DNA of 60,511 nt from Patescibacteria group bacterium (GCA_038061995.1 JBBTYA010000002.1:1-60511), one strand, 5' to 3'; positions 30,687 through 39,458 are shown, numbered from the stretch's first letter. A program made the numbers and translations. The notes: generated by a model not told the origin, from the letters alone.

Positions 30687-33113
30687 GTGTCCGGCATTTT
30701 TCTCATTGCCTACGGTGCAGTGTTTATGCTCACGGCGACAGCCGCGCTCGTCTTTTTTGGCTCTCTTCGTACGCGCGGACGCATCATGCGTGGCATGGAT
30801 ATGTCGCTCTACCGCGTGACATTGCCGCGCGAAGCGCAGCCAAACCAAAAACAAGATCGAGAGCTCATCGCAGTCATGGAGCAGCTTTTCGCTTCCATGA
30901 CCAGCATCCACGCACGTGGGTGGAACAAATTTTTATATGGCGAACCGTACATTGCGCTCGAAATGGCGGTGCATCACGTAGGGGAAGATATTTTCTTTTA
31001 CTGTGCGGTTCCCAAAAACTATGAAGCGGTGTTCGTGAAACAGGTGCACGGCCTGTATCCAACTGCAGAAGTGGTGCAGTCTCCAGAATACACCATCTTT
31101 CACCCCACGGGCGCATTTACTGGCGCGTATCTCTCGCAGAAAAAAGATGCCATCTTGCCATTCCGCACCTATACACGTCTTGAGAGCGATCCTCTTGGCG
31201 GCATCATTTCTGCGTTATCGAAACTCGAAAAAGAAGGTGAAGGAGCCGCGATTCAGGTACTCATCCGTCCTTCCCATAAAGAGAGCGTGCGCTCACTCGC
31301 ACAGCGTGTAGCGCAAGAGATGCAAAAGGGCAATCCGTTTACGGAAGCTTTTTCGCGCGCGACCGCGAGTAAGAAAAAAGAAGAAGAGCAGGCAAAGCCA
31401 GCAACGGCATTTGAAGACGATGTTATTAAAGCGCTTCAGAGTAAGGCATCGCGCCCACTCTTTGATACCAACGTACGCATTCTTGTGTCTGCAGAAACAC
31501 AAGATCGTGCCGATGCCATGTTGAAAGATATCCAGTCTTCATTTGTGCAACTGGGAAGCCCTGACTTAAACGAGCTTGTCCCTGTGGGGATGCGTGCAAA
31601 AGGCAAAGAGAAACTCGCATATGAATATGCATTTCGCATGTTTAATGACGGCTACACTATGCGGCTTTCGAGCGAAGAGCTTGCAAGCATCTACCATTTT
31701 CCATTACAGCACAGCCAAGCGGCACGCGTAGCATTCTCTCACGTGAAAGCGGCAGAGCCACCAACAAACCTCCCCGAGCAGGGTATTATTCTTGGTACGA
31801 ATGTGTTCCGTGGGCAAGAACGTCCCGTGCGCATGACTGACACCGATCGCCGCCGTCACCTCTATGTCGTTGGGCAAACGGGCACGGGTAAGACAACGTT
31901 CATGAAGCACATGATTGCGCAGGATATCCGTGCCGGAAAGGGTGTGTGTATTATTGATCCGCACGGAGATTTCGCAGAGTATGCTCTCTCCGTTGTTCCT
32001 AAAGAGCGTGTTGACGACGTCATCTATTTCAACCCCGGTGATACTGACCGTCCACTGGGATTCAACATCTTAGAATTTGATCCCACAAAACCAGAGCAAA
32101 AAACATTTCTTGCAAATGAACTGCTCGCCATTATTAAATCGCTCTACAAATCGCTCCCCGAAGCATTCGGCCCGATGTTTGAGCAGTACTTTAAGAACGC
32201 CATCTTATTGGTGATGGACGTGTATGAGCGGGCTGTGCGTGAGAAGGGTTCCAAAGAAGGTCTTGATCACCTCATTCCCACCATGGCGGACATTCCGCGC
32301 GTGTTAGTAGACGAAGCATATCGCGCAGAGAAGTTAGCGCTTGAAGACAACCCACTCGTGAAATCATTCTGGGAACTGGAGGCAGAAAAAGCAGGTGGCG
32401 ATGCGGCATTGGCCAACATGGCGCCTTATATCAACTCAAAGCTCAACCCATTTCTGGCGAATGATTACTTGCGCCCTATCGTAGGCCAAAAGGTGAGCGC
32501 ATTTGATCTGCGCGCTATCATGGATGGCAAAAAGATACTCATCGTGAACCTTTCTAAGGGCCGTATCGGTGAGATGAACGCCAACTTACTTGGCATGATG
32601 ATCGTCTCGCGCCTGCTGATGGCCGCACTAGGGCGCATTGATCTCTCCGAAGAACAGCGCAATGATTTCTATCTCTACATCGATGAATTCCAAAACGTCA
32701 CCACAGATAGCATCACTACTATTCTTTCGGAAGCGCGCAAGTACCGCCTTGATCTCATCATTGCACACCAGTACATCAAACAGCTTCCCGAAACGATTCG
32801 CGACGCAGTGTTTGGGAATGTTGGTTCGCAAATTGCATTCCGCATCGGTGCCGATGATGCCGAAGCACTGAAGAATAAATTTGAACCAGTATTTACACCC
32901 GCAGATCTCACCAGCATCGATAACTTCAATGCGCACGTACGCATGTTGATCGATGGCCAAAATGCTCGCCCGTTTTCCATCCAAACCATTCGCGAGCCCG
33001 CAGGGGATCAGCGGCTGGTGGGTGCATTAGCCGAACTTTCTCGTTTGACGCACGGGCGTCCCCGTGCATTAGTAGAGGAGGAATTAAAGAGTGGCTATCG
33101 GAACAATGCCTAG
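30687..33113 (+). CDS. VirD4/TrwB/HerA-like ATPase with N-terminal TM (DUF87-like)
   Basis: RRRHLYVVGQTGTGKT Walker A, IDPHGD, YIDEFQN Walker B, SEARKYRL..AHQY..QL, FGNVGS. Confidence 0.88.
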   Translation: MSGIFLIAYGAVFMLTATAALVFFGSLRTRGRIMRGMDMSLYRVTLPREAQPNQKQDRELIAVMEQLFASMTSIHARGWNKFLYGEPYIALEMAVHHVGEDIFFYCAVPKNYEAVFVKQVHGLYPTAEVVQSPEYTIFHPTGAFTGAYLSQKKDAILPFRTYTRLESDPLGGIISALSKLEKEGEGAAIQVLIRPSHKESVRSLAQRVAQEMQKGNPFTEAFSRATASKKKEEEQAKPATAFEDDVIKALQSKASRPLFDTNVRILVSAETQDRADAMLKDIQSSFVQLGSPDLNELVPVGMRAKGKEKLAYEYAFRMFNDGYTMRLSSEELASIYHFPLQHSQAARVAFSHVKAAEPPTNLPEQGIILGTNVFRGQERPVRMTDTDRRRHLYVVGQTGTGKTTFMKHMIAQDIRAGKGVCIIDPHGDFAEYALSVVPKERVDDVIYFNPGDTDRPLGFNILEFDPTKPEQKTFLANELLAIIKSLYKSLPEAFGPMFEQYFKNAILLVMDVYERAVREKGSKEGLDHLIPTMADIPRVLVDEAYRAEKLALEDNPLVKSFWELEAEKAGGDAALANMAPYINSKLNPFLANDYLRPIVGQKVSAFDLRAIMDGKKILIVNLSKGRIGEMNANLLGMMIVSRLLMAALGRIDLSEEQRNDFYLYIDEFQNVTTDSITTILSEARKYRLDLIIAHQYIKQLPETIRDAVFGNVGSQIAFRIGADDAEALKNKFEPVFTPADLTSIDNFNAHVRMLIDGQNARPFSIQTIREPAGDQRLVGALAELSRLTHGRPRALVEEELKSGYRNNA

Positions 33114-33717
33114 TTTATCTCGCCTCGATTATATAGGCGCGCTTATCACCGGTGTAACAACCGGTTGTATTTCATGGCTCATTCTTTCGTGGTTTCATAT
33201 GCCACTCTACTTAGGTTTTTCATGGGCGTGGCTTATGGCGCTTGTCCCAGTGCTGTGGCTGGCGGGGGTAGTAAAAGGCTACTTGCTAGGGAAATATGTT
33301 TCCCCCGTTTTTGCTGATTTTGGAAAATTTGTGGCCGTTGGTGCCACAAACGCAGCGGTCGATTTCGGCATCATGTATTTTCTCATCGCGCACACGGGCA
33401 TTGCGTCAGGTGGGTGGTTCTCCGTTTTTAAAACAGCATCGTTTCTAGTCGCTCTCGGGCATAGTTACGCCTGGAACGCTCTGTGGGTGTTCTCAAACCA
33501 TGGACGCGGGCTCAACCGACGTGACTTTATCCGCTTTACCACTGTTGCGCTCGCAGCGCTTGCGGTGAACGTAGGAGCGGCCTCCTTTGTGGTAAACGGC
33601 ATAGGACCCATGTTCGATCTTTCCCTGCGCGCCTGGGCTGGCGTGGGGGCTATCGTGGGCTCTGCGGTGGCGCTCTTCGTGAGCTTCACGGGCTTTCGAA
33701 AGGTAGTCTTTGCGTAA
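33106..33717 (+). CDS. GtrA-family membrane protein
   Basis: KFVAVGATNAAVDFG, SYAWNALWVF, SFTGFRKVVF. Confidence 0.85.
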   Translation: MPSLSRLDYIGALITGVTTGCISWLILSWFHMPLYLGFSWAWLMALVPVLWLAGVVKGYLLGKYVSPVFADFGKFVAVGATNAAVDFGIMYFLIAHTGIASGGWFSVFKTASFLVALGHSYAWNALWVFSNHGRGLNRRDFIRFTTVALAALAVNVGAASFVVNGIGPMFDLSLRAWAGVGAIVGSAVALFVSFTGFRKVVFA

Positions 33718-33743
33718 CGCCTTCTTTCTGCTAAGGTGCCCCT

Positions 33744-34829
33744 ATGCTGTATCGTACGCATCGTCCCCATACATTCGCTGATGTCGTAGGACAGGAACAC
33801 GTGGTCCGCACGCTCAAAGGAGCGCTGACGAGCGGCCGTGTTGCACATGCTTATCTTTTTACAGGTCCTCGTGGCACGGGCAAGACAACGCTCGCGCGCA
33901 TTTTTGCAAAAGCAATCATGTGCCAGAATCGTAGCGCAAGCGGCGAGCCAGATAATACTTGTCCGCACTGTGTTGCGGTAGACAACGGTTCATCACTTGA
34001 TCTCATCGAAATCGATGGCGCGTCACACGGGCGCGTTGATGAAATTCGTGCGTTGAAAGAATCAGCTTCTGTTGCTGCTTCCAGTGCAGAGAAAAAGATC
34101 TTTCTCATTGACGAGGTGCACATGGTAACGACGGGCGCGTTCAACGCCCTGCTCAAAGTGCTCGAAGAACCGCCTTCGCACGTGATGTTCCTTTTTGCAA
34201 CAACTGATCCACAGAAAATTCCAGCAACAGTGCTCTCGCGTGTGCAGCGCTATGACTTACGGCGCCTCACTATTCCTGAAATAGCTGACAAGCTTATGCG
34301 CATCGCTGCAGTAGAAAAGATGCCGCTCAAACCAGACGCAGCCCAGCTCATCGCCGCAGCCGCCGATGGCGCACTGCGTGATGCAGAGGTGCTTCTTTCT
34401 AAAATGCATGGCATGAACGTGCCAGCGCTTGATGTGGCAACGGTCACTGATGCGCTTGGTCTCGTGCCCCACGCACTGCACCCAGAGTTTTTTGGATATT
34501 TGGTGGCGAATGATAGTGCTAGCGCGCTTGCGTTTCTTGCGCGCCTCACAGAAGCGGGGATTAACCTCGACATCTTCGCGCGAGACTTTTTAGAATACGC
34601 ACGGGCGGCCATGATCGCACACGCGAACCCAGCGCTTCTCGCAGGAGTCAGCGGCGTGCATGATCACGCAACGCTCACCGCACACGGGCAAGCATGCACA
34701 TCGGAACAGCACATTCGTATTATCATGGCATTCACCGACGCCCGCGCACGCATGCGCACGGCATCTCTTCCACAACTTCCCCTTGAGCTTGCGGTGTTAG
34801 AACTTGCCGTCACCCCGAGCGCTAATTGA
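33744..34829 (+). CDS. dnaX: DNA polymerase III gamma/tau (short form)
   Basis: LYRTHRP..F.DVVGQ, GPRGTGKT, Zn-binding Cys, IDEVHM, ALLKVLEEPP. Confidence 0.96.
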   Translation: MLYRTHRPHTFADVVGQEHVVRTLKGALTSGRVAHAYLFTGPRGTGKTTLARIFAKAIMCQNRSASGEPDNTCPHCVAVDNGSSLDLIEIDGASHGRVDEIRALKESASVAASSAEKKIFLIDEVHMVTTGAFNALLKVLEEPPSHVMFLFATTDPQKIPATVLSRVQRYDLRRLTIPEIADKLMRIAAVEKMPLKPDAAQLIAAAADGALRDAEVLLSKMHGMNVPALDVATVTDALGLVPHALHPEFFGYLVANDSASALAFLARLTEAGINLDIFARDFLEYARAAMIAHANPALLAGVSGVHDHATLTAHGQACTSEQHIRIIMAFTDARARMRTASLPQLPLELAVLELAVTPSAN

Positions 34830-34854
34830 CAGAAGCTAGAAAGAGTTTTATACT
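34826..34854 (+). promoter_or_regulatory. Sigma70-type promoter
   Basis: TTGACA-17-TATACT, with the -35 overlapping the dnaX stop. Confidence 0.85.
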
Positions 34855-34879
34855 CCAGTCTCTTTCAAGGAGGTGAGGA

Positions 34880-35113
34880 GTGAACATTCACGTCTTCGTG
34901 TCCACAGTTTTGGAGCTTGCTGTGATGTGGTGGCTTACCATCGTACTCACTACTGCTTCCGTGATCTGGGCGAAGAAGGGAGCTGGGGAGGAGGAGTACC
35001 TCGAGTCTTCGGGATACCTGCTCGGGTCCAGTGTGCTTGGAGGGTGCTCGGCGTTCTCCATGCTACGAGCCATCATCCTCATGAAGACGCTCGTCAATTT
35101 CTTCGCCCCCTAA
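34880..35113 (+). CDS. Small 2-TM hypothetical protein (orphan cassette)
   Basis: AAGGAGGTGAGGA SD before GTG; own promoter and terminator. Confidence 0.7.
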   Translation: MNIHVFVSTVLELAVMWWLTIVLTTASVIWAKKGAGEEEYLESSGYLLGSSVLGGCSAFSMLRAIILMKTLVNFFAP

Positions 35114-35120
35114 CCCCTCT

Positions 35121-35160
35121 GGCCGGACGTGCGTTCTACGCATGCCCGGCCTGGTTTTTT
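35121..35160 (+). terminator. Intrinsic terminator
   Basis: GGCCGG..GCG-ttcta-CGC..CCGGCC followed by T6. Confidence 0.8.
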
Positions 35161-35196
35161 ATTGCGAGAACTTTTACGGATGCGTATACTAGAAGC

Positions 35197-36369
35197 ATGA
35201 TCAACGTCATCTTGCTGGGGATCACCTCACTCCTTACTGATCTTTCCAGTGAAATGATCGTCCCGATTCTCCCGTTCCTTATTCAATCGCTTGGCGGTGG
35301 TGGCTTAGCGATCGGACTTGCGTTTGGCGTGGGCGATGCGGTCGCCGCGCTCATGAAAGTGTTCTCGGGCTACTGGGCTGACCGCACCAAGCGATTTAAA
35401 ACATTTGTGTTCGTCGGCTATTTCTTTTCTGCATTTGCGAAGTTTTTCTATCCGTTCATTTCCAGTTGGCAGAGCATCGCAGTGTTGCGCCCTATCGAAC
35501 GCTTAGGCAAAGGATTTCGCGACGCGCCTCGTGATGCCATTGTATCTGAATCAGTACCACCAGAGATGCGAGGAAAAGCGTTTGGTGTCCAGCGTGCTAT
35601 GGATAGCGTTGGTGCGCTGATCGGTTCCGTTGCGGTGCTCGTGCTCTTTCTCATCTTCGGGCTTTCACTGCAGACGCTCTTTTTCTTTGCGGCGCTTATC
35701 GGGCTCGTTGCGGTGTTCCCGATCTTCTTCGTGCGCGTGCCTAGCAACCTCACGCTTTCTCGCAAGCGCATTGGATTTCGCGAACTCCCATTGAAGGCCC
35801 GCCACTTCATCGCTATTGCAACGGTGTTCGCGATCGCTAACTTTAGCAACGCATTCTTCATTCTCCGCGCACAGAGTTTGTTCGTTGATCTCTCGTTCCA
35901 AGACTCGCTTTCGCTTGCGTTGGTGCTCTACATCTTCTTTGGTATTTTTGATGCTGTGTTTTCAGAGCCCGCGGGTGCGCTGTCAGATCAGCTTGGTCGC
36001 CGCCGCATTATTCTCACCGGATATCTTCTCTTTAGCGTGGTGTCGCTTGGGTTCATGGTAGTGCCGTATATCGCACACACTACCGTGACGCAGTTTCTCA
36101 TCATGCTCATCTTCTTTGCGCTTTACGGCGTCTTCCGTGCCTTCATAGACGCATCACAGCGCGCCATGGTTGCTGATCTCTCTGACCCGGGCCAGCGCGC
36201 AACCGCGCTAGGCACTTTCGAAGCCGCAACGGGCCTTGCCGCAATTCCTGCAGGGCTCATTGCGGGGTTCTTGTGGGATTTCTCTCCTACGCTCACCTTC
36301 GCGCACGGGTTTGGTTTTAGTATTCTCGCCAGTGCATTGCTCCTCGTCTTCATCCGCGGCCAAAAGTAG
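35197..36369 (+). CDS. MFS transporter
   Basis: SLLTDLSSEM, SGYWADR, GKGFRDAPRDA, GALSDQLGRR; start reassigned to ATG 35197 (TATACT 6 nt upstream). Confidence 0.92.
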   Translation: MINVILLGITSLLTDLSSEMIVPILPFLIQSLGGGGLAIGLAFGVGDAVAALMKVFSGYWADRTKRFKTFVFVGYFFSAFAKFFYPFISSWQSIAVLRPIERLGKGFRDAPRDAIVSESVPPEMRGKAFGVQRAMDSVGALIGSVAVLVLFLIFGLSLQTLFFFAALIGLVAVFPIFFVRVPSNLTLSRKRIGFRELPLKARHFIAIATVFAIANFSNAFFILRAQSLFVDLSFQDSLSLALVLYIFFGIFDAVFSEPAGALSDQLGRRRIILTGYLLFSVVSLGFMVVPYIAHTTVTQFLIMLIFFALYGVFRAFIDASQRAMVADLSDPGQRATALGTFEAATGLAAIPAGLIAGFLWDFSPTLTFAHGFGFSILASALLLVFIRGQK

Positions 36370-36419
36370 TCTTGTTTTTTAGGAGAGAATCTTCTATAAC
36401 CCATGATAAGGAGGTGGCT

Positions 36420-36986
36420 ATGGGTCGGATCATTCGCATTCCGTTGCGAGTTCGCTACGTTGAGCTTGGATCGGGCATGCACGACAAGCGCGTGAGCTAT
36501 CTGACCGTTCAGAAACAGGGGATTGAGTTGGCTTTTGAGTCTTCACACATTGACCCCGTTACTGACATGATCAACTTCAAGCTCACTAATGCCAAGATCC
36601 GATATGACGACATTCTCGTGACTGCGCAAGATGCGCTCTCTGCGTGTGAGATACTCACGCGACATCAGGGGTGGAATACAGGATCTGGGGAGCATCGCTA
36701 TCGGGCGGTCTCGATCGACGTTCGTCGTCCCATAGTGGCTCTCCCGCACTGTCCCCACATGTGGAGCAATAAAGAAGACGAACTGACCTGCGGGGAGCCC
36801 GATGAGAGCGGCGTGGGAGAAAGTGGTATGTGTTTTCTCGCAGGATTCGCACCACCAGATTTCTGCCCCGTTTCGGAACCGTATGAGCGCGCCTGTGAGC
36901 GTGTGCTCAGCATGGCGCGCCACCGGCGGGTGCGGACGTCGACTATTGCGTTTCAGGGTCTTCGCCTGCGTGTCATCGAGGCATAG
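36420..36986 (+). CDS. Hypothetical protein with 4-Cys cluster (orphan cassette)
   Basis: AAGGAGGT SD before ATG 36420; followed by a terminator. Confidence 0.7.
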   Translation: MGRIIRIPLRVRYVELGSGMHDKRVSYLTVQKQGIELAFESSHIDPVTDMINFKLTNAKIRYDDILVTAQDALSACEILTRHQGWNTGSGEHRYRAVSIDVRRPIVALPHCPHMWSNKEDELTCGEPDESGVGESGMCFLAGFAPPDFCPVSEPYERACERVLSMARHRRVRTSTIAFQGLRLRVIEA

Positions 36987-36998
36987 TGCTTCGTGCAG

Positions 36999-37037
36999 CT
37001 CCTCTGCGCAGTCGGTGCGTAGGGGAGTTTTCTTTTT
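36999..37037 (+). terminator. Intrinsic terminator
   Basis: CTCCTCTGCGCA-gtcgg-TGCGTAGGGGAG followed by a T tract. Confidence 0.8.
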
Positions 37038-37083
37038 ATAAAAAACGAAGCCCCAGGGGTTGCCTGGGGCGGGGGGGGGGGTG

Positions 37084-37779
37084 TTATGACCAGTTGTCGA
37101 CGATTCGGCGCAGCGCATCAACGCGCGCCGCTGTCTGCCATGGAAGGAGCCTGAAGATCTGGATGAGTCTCTCCATGCGCATCGTCTCGCGCAGTTCGAA
37201 GCGTGCGATGTCTTCGATGTTCTTCAAGCAGATCACTTGGAGCTCGTGGCCGTTGTAGAACCGCTCCAGCATGCCCCACACAGTGTTGAGATGCTGAAGG
37301 TTCCGCTCTCGCGTGGCGATCTGGATCGCGTGCTGCACGATCGTCTCCGTGAGGTGCCCTGCGGTGGGAGCGTATTCCAACAAGCTCCACACCGCTTCGA
37401 ATGAGGCGGCGTTCTTCGCCTTCACCATCCCGACCTTCATGAGTCGCTCCAGCGCCAGTTGGCGCACGGGGCTGCTCGTGGGAGCGTTGCGAAAGATAAT
37501 CCCGAGCTCTTCGTAGGTCTTCGCGCGATTGGTGAGCCACCAATCGAGGATGTGTTCCACGAGCGGGTGTTCGGGGCCCACTTCTTCCACCGCGCGAGCG
37601 ATGATAGCGCGCAAGCCGTCACACGAATGGGTGATCGTGAGCGCCTTATCCGAGCGCTCGCACAGGCGCGCATCATCGACGTGGATGAAGTTGAGCGCGA
37701 GGCGCACCTCCATAGTCGAAATTCCGAGCTTTGTTGCGACGTCTTCGATGTGCCGCTCTTGCTGCGCTCTATTTGCCAC
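37084..37779 (-). CDS. Hypothetical all-helical protein (orphan cassette)
   Basis: AAGGAGG SD before GTG 37779, upstream TGTGGTATAAC -10-like element, terminator at about 37040-37070. Confidence 0.7.
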   Translation of the reverse strand: MANRAQQERHIEDVATKLGISTMEVRLALNFIHVDDARLCERSDKALTITHSCDGLRAIIARAVEEVGPEHPLVEHILDWWLTNRAKTYEELGIIFRNAPTSSPVRQLALERLMKVGMVKAKNAASFEAVWSLLEYAPTAGHLTETIVQHAIQIATRERNLQHLNTVWGMLERFYNGHELQVICLKNIEDIARFELRETMRMERLIQIFRLLPWQTAARVDALRRIVDNWS

Positions 37780-37863
37780 AGTGCCTCCTTGGCGCACGTT
37801 ATACCACATAATACAAAGAATGACAAAATCGAATTTTCTTTAGCGTTTGCTACTATGCAGGGT

Positions 37864-38214
37864 ATGACAACGCTTCGTCTTTCTGCATCTGAACAGGTAT
37901 ATCGCGACGCTATCACACGTGGCGCGCTGACGGGTCCATGTCCTTTGTGCGAGAAGGAGGCCATCCAAACATTTATGCACTGGCGCCTTGTGCAAAACGA
38001 TTTTCCTTACGATCGCATCGCGCACAAGCACGATATGCTTATTCCGAAACGGTGCGTCACAGAAGCTGATCTTTCCCCAGAAGAGCGCGCAGAGCTTTTT
38101 GAGCTCAAGCGGGGAGCGGTGAATGATATGTACGACTATCTTATTGAGGCCCTCCACAAAAAGAAATCGATTCCTCATCACTTCCACATACACTGTATTA
38201 CACCGAAAGAGTAG
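37864..38214 (+). CDS. HIT-like protein
   Basis: CPLC, NDFPY, HDMLIPKR, C-terminal HFHIH triad. Confidence 0.75.
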   Translation: MTTLRLSASEQVYRDAITRGALTGPCPLCEKEAIQTFMHWRLVQNDFPYDRIAHKHDMLIPKRCVTEADLSPEERAELFELKRGAVNDMYDYLIEALHKKKSIPHHFHIHCITPKE

Positions 38215-38388
38215 CAAAAGAAAAGAGCGAGGTGCGTGAAGCCCCGCTCATTTGTTTTCTGCAGCATGGAGCAGGGAAATAGAGACCCTCCTCGTTTGAT
38301 TGTTAGTCTTTGGGAGAAGCCCACGCGCGCCTCTCCCACATTGGCTCTACATATTATACATTAAAAATACAGAAAGTACAATATTGTT

Positions 38389-38417
38389 TTGACGCACGTG
38401 TCTTTTTCCTGTATTCT
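38389..38417 (+). promoter_or_regulatory. Sigma70-type promoter of the tRNA locus
   Basis: TTGACG-17-TATTCT ending 8 nt before the tRNA 5' fragment. Confidence 0.8.
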
Positions 38418-38425
38418 GGCCCTAT

Positions 38426-38467
38426 TGCGGGGTCGTCCCTGGCCGGGCAGGCTAATGGTAGGACAGC
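38426..38467 (+). pseudogene. tRNA-Gln 5' fragment with a 15-nt palindromic insertion
   Basis: TGCGGGGTCGTC+CCTGGCCGGGCAGGC+TAATGGTAGGACAGC matches tRNA nt 1-27 apart from the insert. Confidence 0.9.
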
Positions 38468-38468
38468 T

Positions 38469-38726
38469 ATGGCTTTCTTCGTGTATATTTTGAAGAGCGA
38501 GAAAGATAACGGGCTGTACGTTGGCATGTCGCAAGATGTAGGTAAGCGTCTCGCCTCGCATAATTTCGGATCCACTCGCTCAACAAAATATCGAAGGCCG
38601 CTGAAGGTGATTTATGTTGAAGAGTATTCTACGCGGGTAGAGGCACGTGCTCGGGAGAAGTTTTTAAAAAGTTACGCTGGCTCGTCTGAGAAGATGAGTA
38701 TCGTAGAACATTGCGGGGTCGTCTAA
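38469..38726 (+). CDS. Small GIY-YIG endonuclease
   Basis: FFVYILKS...LYVGMS..V.KRL..HN.G..RSTK.RRP...Y.E....EA..REK.LKS. Confidence 0.92.
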   Translation: MAFFVYILKSEKDNGLYVGMSQDVGKRLASHNFGSTRSTKYRRPLKVIYVEEYSTRVEARAREKFLKSYAGSSEKMSIVEHCGVV

Positions 38727-38782
38727 TGGTAGGACAGCGGCCTTTGAAGCCGTGAATCTTGGTTCGAGTCCAGGCCCCGCAG
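38712..38782 (+). tRNA. tRNA-Gln (TTG)
   Basis: Acceptor TGCGGGG/CCCCGCA, anticodon arm GCGGC-CT TTG AA-GCCGT, T arm CTTGG-TTCGAGT-CCAGG; CCA not encoded. Confidence 0.97.
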
Positions 38783-38794
38783 CAAGGAGCGAAG

Positions 38795-38998
38795 GCAACG
38801 CAGTGCCCGAGAGCAGTAGCGACGGGTACATACATTGCCCGGAGCGATGTATCATCAGCAGATGATACCGCGAGGGCAGGAGCCTGAAGCCGAGATCGGC
38901 GATGACCGAGCGTGAGCGAGGAAATACTAAAGGTCAGTAGACCGTATGTACGGCAAGGTCGAGAGCGGAAGGTGAGGGAAGGCCCCCCTGCAGTATTC
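38795..38998 (+). other. Multi-hairpin non-coding region after the tRNA
   Basis: GTATCATC-agca-GATGATAC nested in TGCCC/GGGCA; GCCGA/TCGGC; CCGTA/TACGG; GGAAATACT/AGTATTCC. Confidence 0.5.
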
Positions 38999-39005
38999 CT
39001 AATCC

Positions 39006-39457
39006 ATGAAACCCCTCCCAACCCTCTTTTTGAAAGCAGCCATCGTGCTCATCGGCATCGGCGCTCTTGCCTTCCTACTTATAGAGCCCCACTTTGAGGG
39101 GAGAAATGTGAACGCCACACTCTTTGAAATTTACTTTAGAGACCCCTTCCTCGCATACGCATACATCGCTTCCATTCCATTCCATTCTTCATTGCGCTCT
39201 ATCAGGCGTTGGAGCTCTTAGGAAGCGCTGAGCGAGGCGAAGCACTCTCACGGAAAGCTCTGCGTACAATCCGACACTGCGCGATAGCCATCATTGGTTT
39301 CGTGGTGCCCGGAGTAGTCTTCATCCGGTTTTTCAGTGGCAGTGATGACGCCGCTGGCGGAGTTGCTATGGGTGCGCTCGTCATCTTGGGATCACTTGTT
39401 GTCATCGCCACATCCTCAACGCTCGAACGAATCGCGCAACAGGGTACAGAGCGCTAA
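39006..39457 (+). pseudogene. DUF2975-like membrane protein, frameshifted
   Basis: EPHFEGRN..ATLFEIYF.DPFLAYAYIASIPF N-half and KALRTIRHCA C-half are in different frames, split at (TCCAT)3. Confidence 0.8.
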
Positions 39458-39458
39458 A

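Noticed and set aside
34873-35196. N-terminal extension making a 498-aa MFS
   Set aside because: A terminator and a separate SD-led ORF lie inside it; MFS homology and a TATACT start signal begin at 35197.
37071-37081. Poly-G11 tract as a phase-variation site or G-quadruplex
   Set aside because: It is intergenic next to a terminator stem, is a single run, and could be a sequencing artefact.
37459-37863. 251-aa ORF
   Set aside because: Its 5' half is the antisense shadow of the SD-led minus-strand gene; only the HIT-like part from 37864 is credible.
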